DNA of 64,000 nt. Source: Longimicrobiales bacterium (GTDB lineage Bacteria > Gemmatimonadota > Gemmatimonadetes > Longimicrobiales > Gaopeijiaceae). This document shows, piece after piece, positions 9,682 to 20,680 of the stretch; the stretch's first letter is position 1, and each line of letters begins with the position of its first letter. The stretch spans positions 192,001-256,000 of the forward strand of contig CBDCNQ010000005.1 of NCBI GenBank assembly GCA_965219445.1, read 5' to 3'. The notes beneath the pieces are model-generated. The model did no database searches, was not told the DNA's origin, and saw only the letters and a list, made by a program, of their open reading frames with translations. A program made the translations under genes and the position numbers.

Positions 9682-12675
9682 TTAGCGGTCGTCTCTCGTG
9701 GATGGAAGAAGGCGTTCAAGGCGATCCTCGATCGCTGATTGTCGTCTGATATGCTCCGGAGTGGGCGGATGAAGTGAGCCTGGCCGCACTTCTTGACCCC
9801 CCAGCGCGTCCATCAATTGTCTGGTTTGGCGCTGGATTTCACAGAGACCTGCGTCGGTCCCGTCCCGGTTCGCGCTGCGCCCACACTGCAAGTCCGGTCT
9901 TGCCTCGTCGATCCGCCGTTGGAGAGCGAGGAGCTCCAAGAGGTAAGCCTCTCGCTCCTCATACATGGCCTGTGTAATGGAAAGTAGCGGGTCTCCGCGA
10001 ACTTCAACCGTCTGCGTGAACGTAGTGCCCCTCGCCTCCAGGGTCACCGTATACGTTCCGGGCGATACCCAGGGTCCCTTCGTACCGATCGGGCGGGCCA
10101 ACAGCGAGTCGTCATGCCGGACCCAAACCTGTGGTCTGTCCAAAGTACTGTGCCGCAGATCCCAATTTACGCGATGAATGCCTGGATCGGACGGGACGAT
10201 GAGTTCCTGCACGAGGCGCCCGGAGGCGTCGGTGATTCGAAGCGCGACCGTGCCCCTCCCCGGCCCCAGTGCGTAGGTGATGAGGGCGCCGTCCACGGGG
10301 TTCGTGCCATGAAACTCAGCCTGGCCGCGATATGAGGTGTCTTTCCGGTAATTGAAGATTGTCGCTCCTTGGATGCGGAAGACGTGCGTCGTGGCAGAGG
10401 CCACTTCTGCGGTCCACTCGGCCAGCGGCCCGACGTCATCCAGAATCCAGATACTTTGGCCGTGTGTCCCGATTACGAGATCCTTCTCCCGCGGATGGAG
10501 GACGAGGTCGTCGACGGCCGTCGTGGGAAGATGGGACAGTTTCGCCCATTCGGAGCCTGCGTTGGTGCTCACGAACAGGCCGTGCTCGGTACCGGCGAAC
10601 AGCACGTTCGGGTTGTCCGGGTGCTCCGCCATCGAGTTTACCGAGCCGGGGGGAAGGCCGGCCGCCAGAGGGGTCCAAGTCTCTCCGAAGTTGGTGGTCC
10701 GGAAGATGTACGGCTCGAAGTCCCCGTCGCGGTGAGCGTCGAACGCGACATAGGCGGTTCCGGCCCCCGTTCGGGATGCCACGATACGGCTCACGTATGT
10801 CCCGTCGCGGACGCCGCTCACATTGCCGCTTCGCTCTGTCCAAGCGCGGCCTCCGTCTTGCGACACTTGTAGGTTGCCATCGTCCGTGCCGACCCATAGG
10901 ACCTGGGGATCCACGGGCGACTCGGCGAGCACCGTGATTTCTCCATAGCCAGACGTACCGTCGTGGCGGGAAATTTCGATGTCGTCACCGCGAACGCCCA
11001 TCAACTCGAACTCGTCTCGATCTTGACGGCGTGAGAGGTCTTCGGTCCGAGTCCATGAGCCGCCGTGATCCTGAGACATGAAGAGCCGGTTACCCCCGAG
11101 GTAGACGACGGACGGATCGTGCTGTGACACCAGGCTGGGGGAAGCCCAGTCCCATCGGTAGCGCGGCTCGCCCTCGGGCGCGCGCGGACGAATGTCCAAC
11201 ATGTCACCGGTTACGGGATCCATCCGGTAGTACTCACCCCCATCGGAATTAGCGTACACGTAGCGATGGTTCGTGGGATCGACTTGCTGGTACATTCCGT
11301 CACCCAACCCGGTTTGCTGCCAGTCGTCGTTGAGGATGCCGATCCAACGGCGTGTCTCGGAGGGACCCATCCACGAGTGGGTGTCCTGCATGCCGCCGTA
11401 TACGTAGTAGGGATCCCGATTATCGACACCGATGGCGTAGAACTGCCCGATCGGCATGTTGTTGATTTTCCGGAAATTGATTCCTTGGTCGTACGTTTCC
11501 CAGAGACCGGCGTCCCCCGCGAGGTACAGATGGTTCGGGTCGCCCGGGTCGATCCATAGAGCATGGTGGTCGGCGTGTACGCCCACGTCATAGGTGGGTC
11601 GTTCCGCGATCTCCGAAAAGCTACGGCCGCCGTTTTCACTCTTTTGAGCGGACGTTGCGAGGACATACACACGTTCCTCGTCCGAGGGGTCGATGAAGAT
11701 GTGCGAGTAATACATGGGTCGCGGGTCGAGGGAGTTCACCCGTCTCCACGTGGCGCCCCCGTCTTCGCTGCGGTAGGTACCCTGCTCGGCTCCGTCAGCA
11801 TGCTCAATGAGCGTGTTGAGAACTCGCGGGTTCGACTGGGAGATGGCGAGTCCGATGCGGCCCTTGTCCCCGGGCGGGATTCCGTTCGTGAGTTCGTCCC
11901 ACGTGTCTCCCCCATCGACGCTGCGGTGGATCCCGCTGCCGGGGCCCCCGCCATTGAAGCCCCAGGCACGGCGAAGCCTTTGGTACGTGGCCGCATAAAG
12001 GATTCTGGGGTTTGCGGGGTTCATGACGAGGTCGACGGCGCCAGTGAATTCGTCCACATAGAGGACGCGTTCCCAGGTGCGCCCGCCGTTCTGGGTGCGA
12101 TATACACCCCGCTCCTCATTCCCACGCCAGAGATTTCCCAATGCCGCCACGTAAGCGATGTCGGGGTCGCTCGGGTGAATGAGCACCTTGCCGATGTGAC
12201 GTGTCTCGACCAGCCCCAAGTGCCTCCAAGTATCGCCCCCATCGTCGGACCGATAGACCCCGTTCCCCCAGGAGGAGCTCTGACGGTTGTTTTGCTCACC
12301 TGTTCCTGCATACAAGATGTCGGAATCCGAGGGAGCGATCGCCACGTCTCCGAACGTGCTGACCGCCTGATCTGAGAAGACGTTGCGCCACGTATGACCG
12401 CGATTGGTCGTCTTCCAGAGCCCGCCGGACGCCGACGCGACGAAAATCGTGGACGGGTCGTGCGGAAGCGCTTCGACGTCGTGCACCCGTCCTCCAGTTA
12501 CGGCCGGTCCGATCAAGCGTGGGCGGAAGGCATCGAGCTGCGTCGTCGTGATGCCGGTCGTCTCATTCGGGGATGCCGTCTGCGCGGTGGACGTCACGGG
12601 GGCAAGGAGGGGACCAGCGAGTACAACCCAGGCGCCGTGCCGGACGAAGCAGGCGAGTATGATGGCTGGTCTCAA
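9682..12675 (-). CDS. Secreted BNR/Asp-box beta-propeller (VPS10/sortilin-like glycosyl hydrolase family)
   Basis: Repeated S-x-D-G-G-x-T-W boxes; start re-called at TTG 12675 with GAGGAGG RBS, overlapping the exonuclease stop. Confidence 0.88.
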   Translation of the reverse strand: MRPAIILACFVRHGAWVVLAGPLLAPVTSTAQTASPNETTGITTTQLDAFRPRLIGPAVTGGRVHDVEALPHDPSTIFVASASGGLWKTTNRGHTWRNVFSDQAVSTFGDVAIAPSDSDILYAGTGEQNNRQSSSWGNGVYRSDDGGDTWRHLGLVETRHIGKVLIHPSDPDIAYVAALGNLWRGNEERGVYRTQNGGRTWERVLYVDEFTGAVDLVMNPANPRILYAATYQRLRRAWGFNGGGPGSGIHRSVDGGDTWDELTNGIPPGDKGRIGLAISQSNPRVLNTLIEHADGAEQGTYRSEDGGATWRRVNSLDPRPMYYSHIFIDPSDEERVYVLATSAQKSENGGRSFSEIAERPTYDVGVHADHHALWIDPGDPNHLYLAGDAGLWETYDQGINFRKINNMPIGQFYAIGVDNRDPYYVYGGMQDTHSWMGPSETRRWIGILNDDWQQTGLGDGMYQQVDPTNHRYVYANSDGGEYYRMDPVTGDMLDIRPRAPEGEPRYRWDWASPSLVSQHDPSVVYLGGNRLFMSQDHGGSWTRTEDLSRRQDRDEFELMGVRGDDIEISRHDGTSGYGEITVLAESPVDPQVLWVGTDDGNLQVSQDGGRAWTERSGNVSGVRDGTYVSRIVASRTGAGTAYVAFDAHRDGDFEPYIFRTTNFGETWTPLAAGLPPGSVNSMAEHPDNPNVLFAGTEHGLFVSTNAGSEWAKLSHLPTTAVDDLVLHPREKDLVIGTHGQSIWILDDVGPLAEWTAEVASATTHVFRIQGATIFNYRKDTSYRGQAEFHGTNPVDGALITYALGPGRGTVALRITDASGRLVQELIVPSDPGIHRVNWDLRHSTLDRPQVWVRHDDSLLARPIGTKGPWVSPGTYTVTLEARGTTFTQTVEVRGDPLLSITQAMYEEREAYLLELLALQRRIDEARPDLQCGRSANRDGTDAGLCEIQRQTRQLMDALGGQEVRPGSLHPPTPEHIRRQSAIEDRLERLLPSTRDDR

Positions 12676-13457
12676 CCGTCCTCCTCTGTTCCTGTGTCGA
12701 GTGCTTCGCGGACGACCTCCAGAACCTCCAAGTCCATGTCGTCCGCCCCGAGCATCCACTCGAGGTAGTCCGCTTCGTGAGCTGCAACCTCTGCGAGTGG
12801 CCGCCCTTTGTGCTTGCCCCTTCGGAAAATAAATTCCGCGCCCTCCTTTTCGAACCACTGCTCCAAGGCGGTGCGAATCGGGAGCACCTCGTCGCAGTAG
12901 TGGTTGAGTTCATCCATGTCCCGAGGAAGGTGAGGATAGCGCTCGATCTGGGCCGCCAGCACCGCCGCGGTGGTGCGGATGTCACCGAGGGCCGTGTGCG
13001 CCTCCTGGTGTTCCCGGCCAAGGTAGAACCGCGCTGCCGCGGAAAGGTCGCGCGGCTCTTCGCGGTGAAAGATTCCCTGCATGTCGATCACCCGCCGAGT
13101 CCGGTGGTCGAAGTCGAGGTCCGCTCTCTTGAACTCAGCAATCAGCATCGGTAGGTCGAAGCGGCGGATGTTGAAGCCACCTAAATCGCAGGGCCCCATC
13201 AAGTCGAAGAGCGATTTGGCGCGAGCCGTGAAGGGTGCTTCGTCCGCGATGTCCTCGTCGGAGATCCCATGGACGGCGCTCGCTTCCGGAGAAATCGGAA
13301 TTCCCGGATTGAAGCGTCTGACCCGCTCCATGACATCGCCCTGCGGAGAAACTCTCAGGATCGCCATCTCGATGATACGGTCCTCCTGCGTGCTCAATCC
13401 GGTGGTCTCCAAGTCGAAAAAAACGAGGGGCCTGTCGAGCTCGATGGGTAAGAGCAT
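12672..13457 (-). CDS. DEDDh 3'-5' exonuclease (DNA polymerase III epsilon-like)
   Basis: FFDLETTG, GFNIRRFD, HTALGD; C-terminal FRRGKHKG...YLEWML domain. Confidence 0.9.
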   Translation of the reverse strand: MLLPIELDRPLVFFDLETTGLSTQEDRIIEMAILRVSPQGDVMERVRRFNPGIPISPEASAVHGISDEDIADEAPFTARAKSLFDLMGPCDLGGFNIRRFDLPMLIAEFKRADLDFDHRTRRVIDMQGIFHREEPRDLSAAARFYLGREHQEAHTALGDIRTTAAVLAAQIERYPHLPRDMDELNHYCDEVLPIRTALEQWFEKEGAEFIFRRGKHKGRPLAEVAAHEADYLEWMLGADDMDLEVLEVVREALDTGTEEDG

Positions 13458-13501
13458 CAGAACGGGTGCCGGAAGGGGTACATAGCCCTATCATAGCCAC
13501 C

Positions 13502-14500
13502 ATGAGCGAATCAAGCAGCATGCGGGCGGTGGTCCTGGAGGGTGAGGAGTACGCCGGAGCCCTGGCGCTGAAGGAAGTGCCGAAGCCGATCCCAGGCCCG
13601 GGTGAAATCCTGGCCCGCGTCTGTACCTCCGGCGTAAATCGTGCTGACCTGCTGCAGCGGCGGGGGAAGCATCCGGCGCCCAAGGGGTGGCCGAAGGACA
13701 TCCTCGGGATGGAGTTCTCGGGAGTGGTGGAGGCCCTGGGCTCCGACACGAGGCGATGGCGGGTGGGCGATCGAGTGATGGGTCTCCTGGGCGGAGGTGG
13801 ATACGCCGAGTACGTGACGGTGCACGGGTCGAACGTGGTGCCGGTACCGGATGGTATGACCGAGCATGACGCCGGGGCCATTCCGGAAGTCTTCATGACC
13901 GCCTTTGACGCCGCCGTCCTTCAGATGGAACTCAGCGCCGGAGAGGTCATGCTGATCCATGCCGTCGGAAGCGGGGTGGGAACCGCGGCAGTTCAAATCG
14001 GGAGGGCGCTCGGCGCGGTGACGATCGGAACCTCTCGAACGCCCGAGAAACTCGAGGCGGCTTCCGCGCTTGGCCTGGATGACGCGGTTCTGGCCGACCC
14101 CGACTGGCCGGAGAAGGTGCACGAAGTGACCCGTGGGCGAGGAGTCGACTTGATTCTGGACCTCGTTGGTGGGCCCTACATGGAGGGTAACCAGAGGGTC
14201 ATCGCTCCCCGTGGCCGACACATCGTCGTGGGTGTACCCGGTGGCACAGCCGCTCAGATCGACCTTCGGACGATAATGATTCGTCGCGTGACGCTCAGGG
14301 GCACGGTTCTCCGTGCCCGCCCCGTGGAGGAAAAGGCTCTCTTGATAAGGGCTTTCGAGGACCGGCTTCTTTCATTTTTCTCGTTCGGCGAACTGAAACC
14401 GGTGATCGACCGGGTCTTCGCTCCGGAAGACGCAAGTGAGGCTCACGAAGTCATGGCGTCCAACGAGAACTTCGGGAAACTGCTCCTCCATTGGGACTGA
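13502..14500 (+). CDS. NAD(P)H-quinone oxidoreductase (zeta-crystallin/PIG3 family)
   Basis: GVNRADLLQ, GGYAEY, IPEVFMTA, HAVGSGVG, NFGKLLL. Confidence 0.9.
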   Translation: MSESSSMRAVVLEGEEYAGALALKEVPKPIPGPGEILARVCTSGVNRADLLQRRGKHPAPKGWPKDILGMEFSGVVEALGSDTRRWRVGDRVMGLLGGGGYAEYVTVHGSNVVPVPDGMTEHDAGAIPEVFMTAFDAAVLQMELSAGEVMLIHAVGSGVGTAAVQIGRALGAVTIGTSRTPEKLEAASALGLDDAVLADPDWPEKVHEVTRGRGVDLILDLVGGPYMEGNQRVIAPRGRHIVVGVPGGTAAQIDLRTIMIRRVTLRGTVLRARPVEEKALLIRAFEDRLLSFFSFGELKPVIDRVFAPEDASEAHEVMASNENFGKLLLHWD

Positions 14501-14535
14501 CCTGACCGGAGTACTTCTCCAACAGGCCTCTAGTC

Positions 14536-17403
14536 TCAGGGCTCCGATGGCGCAGGTCCTCCGAGCGCTTCCCGGATGACCCGGGCTTGGTCGACAAGGT
14601 GGTCGATATGCTTTCCCTCGGCAGGACTCGCGCGCTCAGGCCGCGTCACATAGTCGAGCTTCACCTCCCGGGGGACCACGGTTCTCAGGCGAGGACCGAC
14701 GAAGGCGAGCGCGCCCATGTTTCTGGGCTCCTCCTGGACCCACACGACCTCCTCGAGGTTGGGGTACCGGGCGACGAGTTGCTCTGTCTCGCTAGCGGGG
14801 AACGGGTAGAGCTCCTCGAGCCGGACAAGGGCTACAGTCCGAGCACCCTCACGCGACTCGCTTCCGGCCAGGTCATAAAAGAGCTTTCCAGAGCAGAGAA
14901 CCAGGCGGGTCACCTCCGAGCGATCGAGATGCGTGCTCTCGCCTCCGGGGGTGTCGCTGGCCGGGTCGTCGAGCACGGGAAGAAACTTGCCGGTGACCAG
15001 ATTCGATACGGGCGACGTGGCCTCTGGATGACGAAGTAGGCTCTTCGGCGACATTACCACGAGGGGCCGCTGCGGCCGAAGGTGGGCTTGCCGCCGCAGC
15101 AGGTGGTAGTATTGCGCCGGTGTGCTCGGGGATACGACCCGCATGTTGTCTTCGGCGCAGAGCTGGAGAAATCGTTCGAGGCGAGCGCTCGAATGCTCGG
15201 GTCCCTGGCCCTCGTACCCGTGCGGCAGGAGCATCACGAGACTCGCGAGCTGTCCCCACTTTTCCCAGCCGGAGGTGACGAACTGGTCCACCGTGACCTG
15301 TGCGGCGTTGGCGAAATCCCCGAACTGGGCCTCCCACAACACCAAGGCTCTTCGCGACGCGACACTGAATCCGTACTCGAACCCCAGGACCGCCATCTCA
15401 GAGAGTGGTGAGTTGTGGACCTCGAAACGGGCGCTCCCGAAGTCGGCGAGGGGCGTATGCTCCTGTCCCGTCTTCGCGTCGTGGAAAACAATATGTCTGT
15501 GGCTGAACGTTCCGCGCTGGGTATCCTGGCCCGTGAAGCGAATGGGGATCCCCTCGCGGAGCAGCGACCCAAAGGCCAGCGCCTCAGAATGGGCCCAGTC
15601 CACGGGTAATCCCGGTCCGAAGTCCTCCTCGCGGCGGGCGAGCACGCGCTCGAGCTTCGGGTGAATAGTGAAGTTCGGAGGGGTCGCGAGCGCCGCCCTG
15701 TTGATGTCGGCGAGTACCTCCAAGGGCACGCCCGGTGCAACGACTCCCTCCGTCTCCAAGGTGAGACCGTCGTCAACCTCGGTACGGGACTGGCCTTGGC
15801 TCTGGACTTGCTGACGCGCATCGCGGAGGTATTCAGCGACGCGTTCCTGAATCGCCTCGACGTCGTGGGCCGTCAGGATACCCTGGCTTACGAGTAAGTC
15901 TCCGTACAACGTCCGAATCGTTGGGTGCTTCTTTATGGCCTCCGTTATCAGCGGTTGGGTGTAGCCCGGCTCGTCGCCCTCGTTATGGCCATACCTTCGG
16001 TATCCGACGAGATCGATGAAGACGTCGTCGTGATATTCCGCTCGGTACGCCATGGCGAGCCGGACAGCCGCGAGACACGCCTCCGGGTCGTCGGCGTTAG
16101 CATGGATGATCGGGAAGCGGAAGCCCTTAGCGAGATCGCTGGCGTACTGCGTCGACCGGCCGTGGACAGGCAGCGTCGTGAATCCAAGCTGATTGTTGAC
16201 GATGATGTGGATCGTGCCGCCCGTCGTATATCCGTCCAGTCTGCCTAGATTGAGGGTCTCTGCAACCACGCCTTCTCCGGCAAAGGCCGCGTCTCCGTGG
16301 ATGAGAATGGGAACCACCGCTGCCGTATCCCGCTTCGCGCCTTGGTCGTATCCGGTGTTCTGTAGTGCCCTGGTCATGCCCGTCACGACCGGATTCACGA
16401 ACTCGAGGTGACTGGGATTGGGAGCGAGAGTGATTTGAACGGTGGAGCCGTCGGGTAGATTCCGCTCTCCATGGGCGCCTTGATGATACTTAACGTCTCC
16501 GGTGCCCTCGACCGTGAAGGCCCCTTTGGCCTCGATTCCTTCGAATTCGCGAGTGATCCCTTTGTATCCCAGGCCCACGATGTGGGCCAAGACGTTCAGG
16601 CGGCCACGGTGGGACATCCCCAAGACAACCTGCTTTCCCCCGATCCTGGCCGCCTCATCGAGAGCAAGATCCAACATGGGGACCATCATGTCTGTCCCTT
16701 CGATCGAGAAGCGCTTCTGGCCGATGTATGTACGGTGCAGAAACTGCTCCAGGCTCTCGACCTCGGTAAGTCGTTGTAGAAGGCGCACCCGGTCACCATC
16801 GTCCGCCATGCGTGTGTGCATGCCCGACTCGACCTGATCCCACAGCCACCGGACGACATCGGGGTCCTCGAGGTGTTCGAACTCGTATCCAATCGTCCCA
16901 CAATAGGCCCGCTGGAGTCGCTGGAGCACGTCGGCCAGGGACTCGTCACGTGCGTTCTCGAACACCAACGAGGCGGGGAGTTCCCTGAGCTCCTCCAGGC
17001 TCGTGCCGAAGAAGGACGCATCGAGTTGTGGGTGCCCGGGAGGCTCCGAGCCCAAGGGATCGATGGTCGAGAGCCGGTGCCCGTGGTCCCGGTAGGCCTG
17101 AATGAACGACGTCGCACGGGCGACGACACGAAGAAGACTGCGCATCGCGTGCGCCTCTTTGCGGGCGGCACTCAGTTGAGCGGCGGCCATGGGCGAGGAG
17201 GCGCCTGCCTCCGAGTGGGACCCTCCGACACCGTTTTCGGCCAGGCCCTCGGGGACGATCAGACCTGCCTCGATCGTGGCCTGCGGGCCCAGGGCAAAGA
17301 AATTCCGCCACTGTTCCGGTACGCCCTCGGGGTTACGTGCGAATTCCTCATAGAGGGCCTGGGCATAGCCGACGTTCTGGCTGTCGAACGGCTTTTCGTC
17401 CAT
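14536..17403 (-). CDS. sucA: 2-oxoglutarate dehydrogenase E1 component
   Basis: GQKRFSIEG, GMSHRGRLN, GDVKYH, NPSHLE, HGDAAFAG, WEAQFGDF, HGYEGQGPEHSSAR. Confidence 0.96.
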   Translation of the reverse strand: MDEKPFDSQNVGYAQALYEEFARNPEGVPEQWRNFFALGPQATIEAGLIVPEGLAENGVGGSHSEAGASSPMAAAQLSAARKEAHAMRSLLRVVARATSFIQAYRDHGHRLSTIDPLGSEPPGHPQLDASFFGTSLEELRELPASLVFENARDESLADVLQRLQRAYCGTIGYEFEHLEDPDVVRWLWDQVESGMHTRMADDGDRVRLLQRLTEVESLEQFLHRTYIGQKRFSIEGTDMMVPMLDLALDEAARIGGKQVVLGMSHRGRLNVLAHIVGLGYKGITREFEGIEAKGAFTVEGTGDVKYHQGAHGERNLPDGSTVQITLAPNPSHLEFVNPVVTGMTRALQNTGYDQGAKRDTAAVVPILIHGDAAFAGEGVVAETLNLGRLDGYTTGGTIHIIVNNQLGFTTLPVHGRSTQYASDLAKGFRFPIIHANADDPEACLAAVRLAMAYRAEYHDDVFIDLVGYRRYGHNEGDEPGYTQPLITEAIKKHPTIRTLYGDLLVSQGILTAHDVEAIQERVAEYLRDARQQVQSQGQSRTEVDDGLTLETEGVVAPGVPLEVLADINRAALATPPNFTIHPKLERVLARREEDFGPGLPVDWAHSEALAFGSLLREGIPIRFTGQDTQRGTFSHRHIVFHDAKTGQEHTPLADFGSARFEVHNSPLSEMAVLGFEYGFSVASRRALVLWEAQFGDFANAAQVTVDQFVTSGWEKWGQLASLVMLLPHGYEGQGPEHSSARLERFLQLCAEDNMRVVSPSTPAQYYHLLRRQAHLRPQRPLVVMSPKSLLRHPEATSPVSNLVTGKFLPVLDDPASDTPGGESTHLDRSEVTRLVLCSGKLFYDLAGSESREGARTVALVRLEELYPFPASETEQLVARYPNLEEVVWVQEEPRNMGALAFVGPRLRTVVPREVKLDYVTRPERASPAEGKHIDHLVDQARVIREALGGPAPSEP

Positions 17404-17496
17404 CGGTCTAAGCTAGTCACATTCTTGTCGGTGGGGAGCCCTTCCCCCATGGGCCCCTTGCATCGGTTCGCTCTCAAAGGTAAGATCGGATGCGGT

Positions 17497-17511
17497 TGAG
17501 AATCGTTCTCA
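17497..17511. promoter_or_regulatory. Fur-box-like 7-1-7 inverted repeat
   Basis: TGAGAAT-C-GTTCTCA ~75 bp upstream of a FecA-like receptor, in the divergent intergenic region shared with sucA. Confidence 0.65.
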
Positions 17512-17587
17512 TCTCATGCACCGAGCCTCACGACAGAAACGGAGCCCCACCGAGGGGCACCTTGAAGGAATAAATGCTGATGTTCCT

Positions 17588-20041
17588 ATGCGTTTGAATC
17601 GAATCCTCTCGGCTGCGTTCATCGCGGCGCTTCCTCTCGCCTCCCCCCTATTGGCCCAGAACGGATCCGCCTCGGTGGAGGGGGTCGTGACCGCGCAGCA
17701 TAGCGGCTCCGCTCTCTCGGATGCCACGGTGGAGGTCGTTGGAGCCTCTCGCGGCGTGCTTACGGACGAAGCGGGACGCTATAAGCTCCGCGGGATTTCA
17801 TCTGGAACCATCTCATTGCGGTTCGTACGCATCGGGTACACCACGCTCACCAAGACCCTGACGCTCGAGAGAAACGATGCTCTGGTCGTAGATGCGCAGT
17901 TGGGAACGGGGCCGATCCGACTCGACCCGATGAGGGTGCTTTTCAAGCGCACCCGCATGGTCGGCGACCCCATGGGGGTGCTCGAGGCTCCAGGCGCCGT
18001 CCATGTGCTCGTTGCTGAGGATATCGACTCCCCGGCGTTCGCGTTCGACAACGTCCACGATTTTCTACGGCAGGTGCCGGGCGTGAACATTCAGGAGGAG
18101 GATGGATTCGGACTACGCCCCAACGTCGGGCTGAGAGGGACGGGCGCCGACCGCAGTTCGAAGATCACCCTCATGGAAGATGGCGTACTCATCGCACCCG
18201 CTCCGTACGCCGCTCCCGCGGCCTACTACTTCCCGGTCGCGGGAAGGATGGAGGCCTTGGAGGTTCGGAAGGGGTCGAGTCAGGTACGGTACGGGCCACG
18301 CACCATCGGTGGGGCTCTCAATCTCGTGTCGGCAAGCATCCCGGACCGTCTGACGTGGTTCGTCGAGGGCTCGGGCGGCGAGCATGGCAGTCTCCAGGGC
18401 CATGCTCGGGCGGGGGCCTCGGGAGAACGCTTCGGTTGGTTGATGGAAGCCTACTCAATGGGAACCGACGGCTTCAAGCAGTTGCCAAGTGGCGCGAGCA
18501 CAGGCTTTGACGTGGGCGACTACATGGCCAAGGTCCGCGTCAACTCGGATCGTCTAGGGGAGTCCTATCAGGAGTTGGAGCTGAAGCTCGGTTACACCGA
18601 CGAGGAGTCCGATGAAACCTACTTGGGTTTGACGGATGAGGACTTTGGCCAAAACCCCTTGGCTCGCTACACAGCTTCGGGTGCGGATCTCATGAAGGCT
18701 GAACACTCACAAATCCAGCTCCGGCATTTCTGGGCGGGGAGCAACACAGACGTCACGACGACTGCCTACCGGAATGACTTCTCACGCAATTGGTACAAGC
18801 TCCAGAGTGTCTTGGGCACGAGCATAAGCCGCGTCCTCGCAACGCCACAAGACCATGCCTCGGCCCTCGGCATCTTGCAGGGGGGGGGCAGCGATCCCGA
18901 CGCCCTGAGGGTGCGGGCTAACAACCGTGAATACTTCGGCCAGGGCGTGCAGTCGTCCCTAGGACTCACCCTGGGCATGCATGACGTCGAACTGGGCGCC
19001 CGGTTTCACCAGGACGAAGAGGACCGATTTCAGTGGGAAGACGGTTTTCAGATGCTCAATGGCTCGATGAGTCTCACGAGTGCGGGAGAGCCTGGGACGC
19101 AGTCCAATCGGGTCAACTCCGCTACCGCGATAGCGGCGTTTCTACAAGCCGAGATTTCTCTTGGGCCATGGCTAATCACGCCCGGCGTCAGGCTTGAGCG
19201 CATTGAATTCAAGCGCGTGGACTTTGCCGACGACGACGCAGCCCGAACGTCGCCTAAGCAAGCCAGAGTGAACCGGATTCACGCCTGGATTCCCGGGGTG
19301 GGATTCTCCTATCGGAGGCGCGCGTTGAGCGTCTTCGGGGGAGTGCACCGCGGGTTCGGCCCTCCGGGGCCCGGAGCGGATGAAGCCACCCGCCCGGAGA
19401 CCAGCGTGAACTATGAGACAGGAGTCCGGTGGCAGCGGTCTGGTCTGGCGGCGCAGACCGCTGGCTTCCTGAGTTTGTACGACAACATTCTGGGCCAGGC
19501 GACCCTGGCCACCGCGGGGGATGGGAGTGGACTGGCGTTCAATGGCGGCAGCGCACGCGTGGGTGGTGTCGAGGCATCTATGGATTATGATCTTGCCTGG
19601 GCAGTTCCCGGGGCGACGCGGGTGCCGTTACGGATGGCCTACACGTATACTCGCGCGTCATTTCGCTCCGGGTTCGTCTCTGATTACGAAGCGTGGGGCA
19701 CCGTCGAGGGGGGCGACCGCATGCCCTATCTGCCCGAGCACCAATTGAGCGCGAGCCTCGGCTATGACAATCCGGGTTGGAGTGTCTCGATCTCGATGAG
19801 TACTTCCGGAGCGATGCGGACGGAGGCGGGGTCTGGTCCCATTCCGGTGGGGCAGGGTACGGACTCCTTCGTGGTATTCAACGCTTCCGGCGAGGTCGAG
19901 GTCGGTGGGCGTGGGACCCTGTTCGCCGGCCTGCAGAACCTCACGAACCAGGTTTACGGTGTGGCTCGACGCCCGGCCGGGCTGCGTCCCGGGCTGCCCC
20001 GCACTCTGGTGGCGGGTTTCCGCGTCGCGGGCGGGCGGTAA
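17588..20041 (+). CDS. TonB-dependent receptor, FecA-like, with N-terminal carboxypeptidase-regulatory-like domain
   Basis: Signal peptide; VPGVNIQEEDGFGLRPNVGLRG, SSKITLMEDG, YGPRTIGGALN; C-terminal GLRPGLPR. Confidence 0.9.
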   Translation: MRLNRILSAAFIAALPLASPLLAQNGSASVEGVVTAQHSGSALSDATVEVVGASRGVLTDEAGRYKLRGISSGTISLRFVRIGYTTLTKTLTLERNDALVVDAQLGTGPIRLDPMRVLFKRTRMVGDPMGVLEAPGAVHVLVAEDIDSPAFAFDNVHDFLRQVPGVNIQEEDGFGLRPNVGLRGTGADRSSKITLMEDGVLIAPAPYAAPAAYYFPVAGRMEALEVRKGSSQVRYGPRTIGGALNLVSASIPDRLTWFVEGSGGEHGSLQGHARAGASGERFGWLMEAYSMGTDGFKQLPSGASTGFDVGDYMAKVRVNSDRLGESYQELELKLGYTDEESDETYLGLTDEDFGQNPLARYTASGADLMKAEHSQIQLRHFWAGSNTDVTTTAYRNDFSRNWYKLQSVLGTSISRVLATPQDHASALGILQGGGSDPDALRVRANNREYFGQGVQSSLGLTLGMHDVELGARFHQDEEDRFQWEDGFQMLNGSMSLTSAGEPGTQSNRVNSATAIAAFLQAEISLGPWLITPGVRLERIEFKRVDFADDDAARTSPKQARVNRIHAWIPGVGFSYRRRALSVFGGVHRGFGPPGPGADEATRPETSVNYETGVRWQRSGLAAQTAGFLSLYDNILGQATLATAGDGSGLAFNGGSARVGGVEASMDYDLAWAVPGATRVPLRMAYTYTRASFRSGFVSDYEAWGTVEGGDRMPYLPEHQLSASLGYDNPGWSVSISMSTSGAMRTEAGSGPIPVGQGTDSFVVFNASGEVEVGGRGTLFAGLQNLTNQVYGVARRPAGLRPGLPRTLVAGFRVAGGR

Positions 20042-20066
20042 CGGGCTCTACGATAGCCTGGATCGC

Positions 20067-20680
20067 ATGACTGAAGAGATCGCTGAACACGGCGTTCCGC
20101 TGCACGTGGTTACGGAGTGGGCCGATCGATTTCCGTGGCTGTGTGCCGGGATCAGCCATGCTGGATCTGGCCCCGATCCGTTCGATCTCCGGCTGTTCGG
20201 TGAGCCGACGTCGCCGCGAGCCCCTGCACGGTGGAAGCATCTGCTCCAGGCCTCCGCGTTCGAAACGATCGTGCATGCCCGCCAAGTCCACGAGACCCGG
20301 ATTGTTGTTCACGACCAGCTTGGCGGGGGCGTGCGAGAGGCGGAGGGAGCGGCGGACGGCCACGCCACCGCCGAATCGGGTGTTCTCCTGGCGGTCACCG
20401 TTGCCGACTGTGTGCCGATCTATCTTCTCGATGCAGACGCGCGAGCGGTGGCCCTTCTACACGGCGGGTGGCGAGGGATCGCTGCGGGTATCCTTCACCG
20501 TGGGATTACTCTCCTCGGCACAAGGTGGGGGACTGACCCCAAGCGCCTTCTCGTTCATCTGGGCCCCGCCATCTGCGGAGCATGTTACGAGGTGGGCCCT
20601 GAGGTGTTCAGTGCGCTGGCCGTCGATGTCCCACCGCATGCGGCTCCCGTGGATGTGCGAGGTGTGTTGGCCCAGCGGAG
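20067..20680 (+). pseudogene. pgeF: PgeF/YfiH (laccase-like purine nucleoside phosphorylase), 3'-truncated at the island boundary
   Basis: QVHET, ADG, VTVADCVP, HGGWRG, GPAICGACYEVG present; the expected C-terminal FFS(H/Y)R motif is absent and the sequence turns non-homologous after VLAQR (~20680). Confidence 0.72.
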
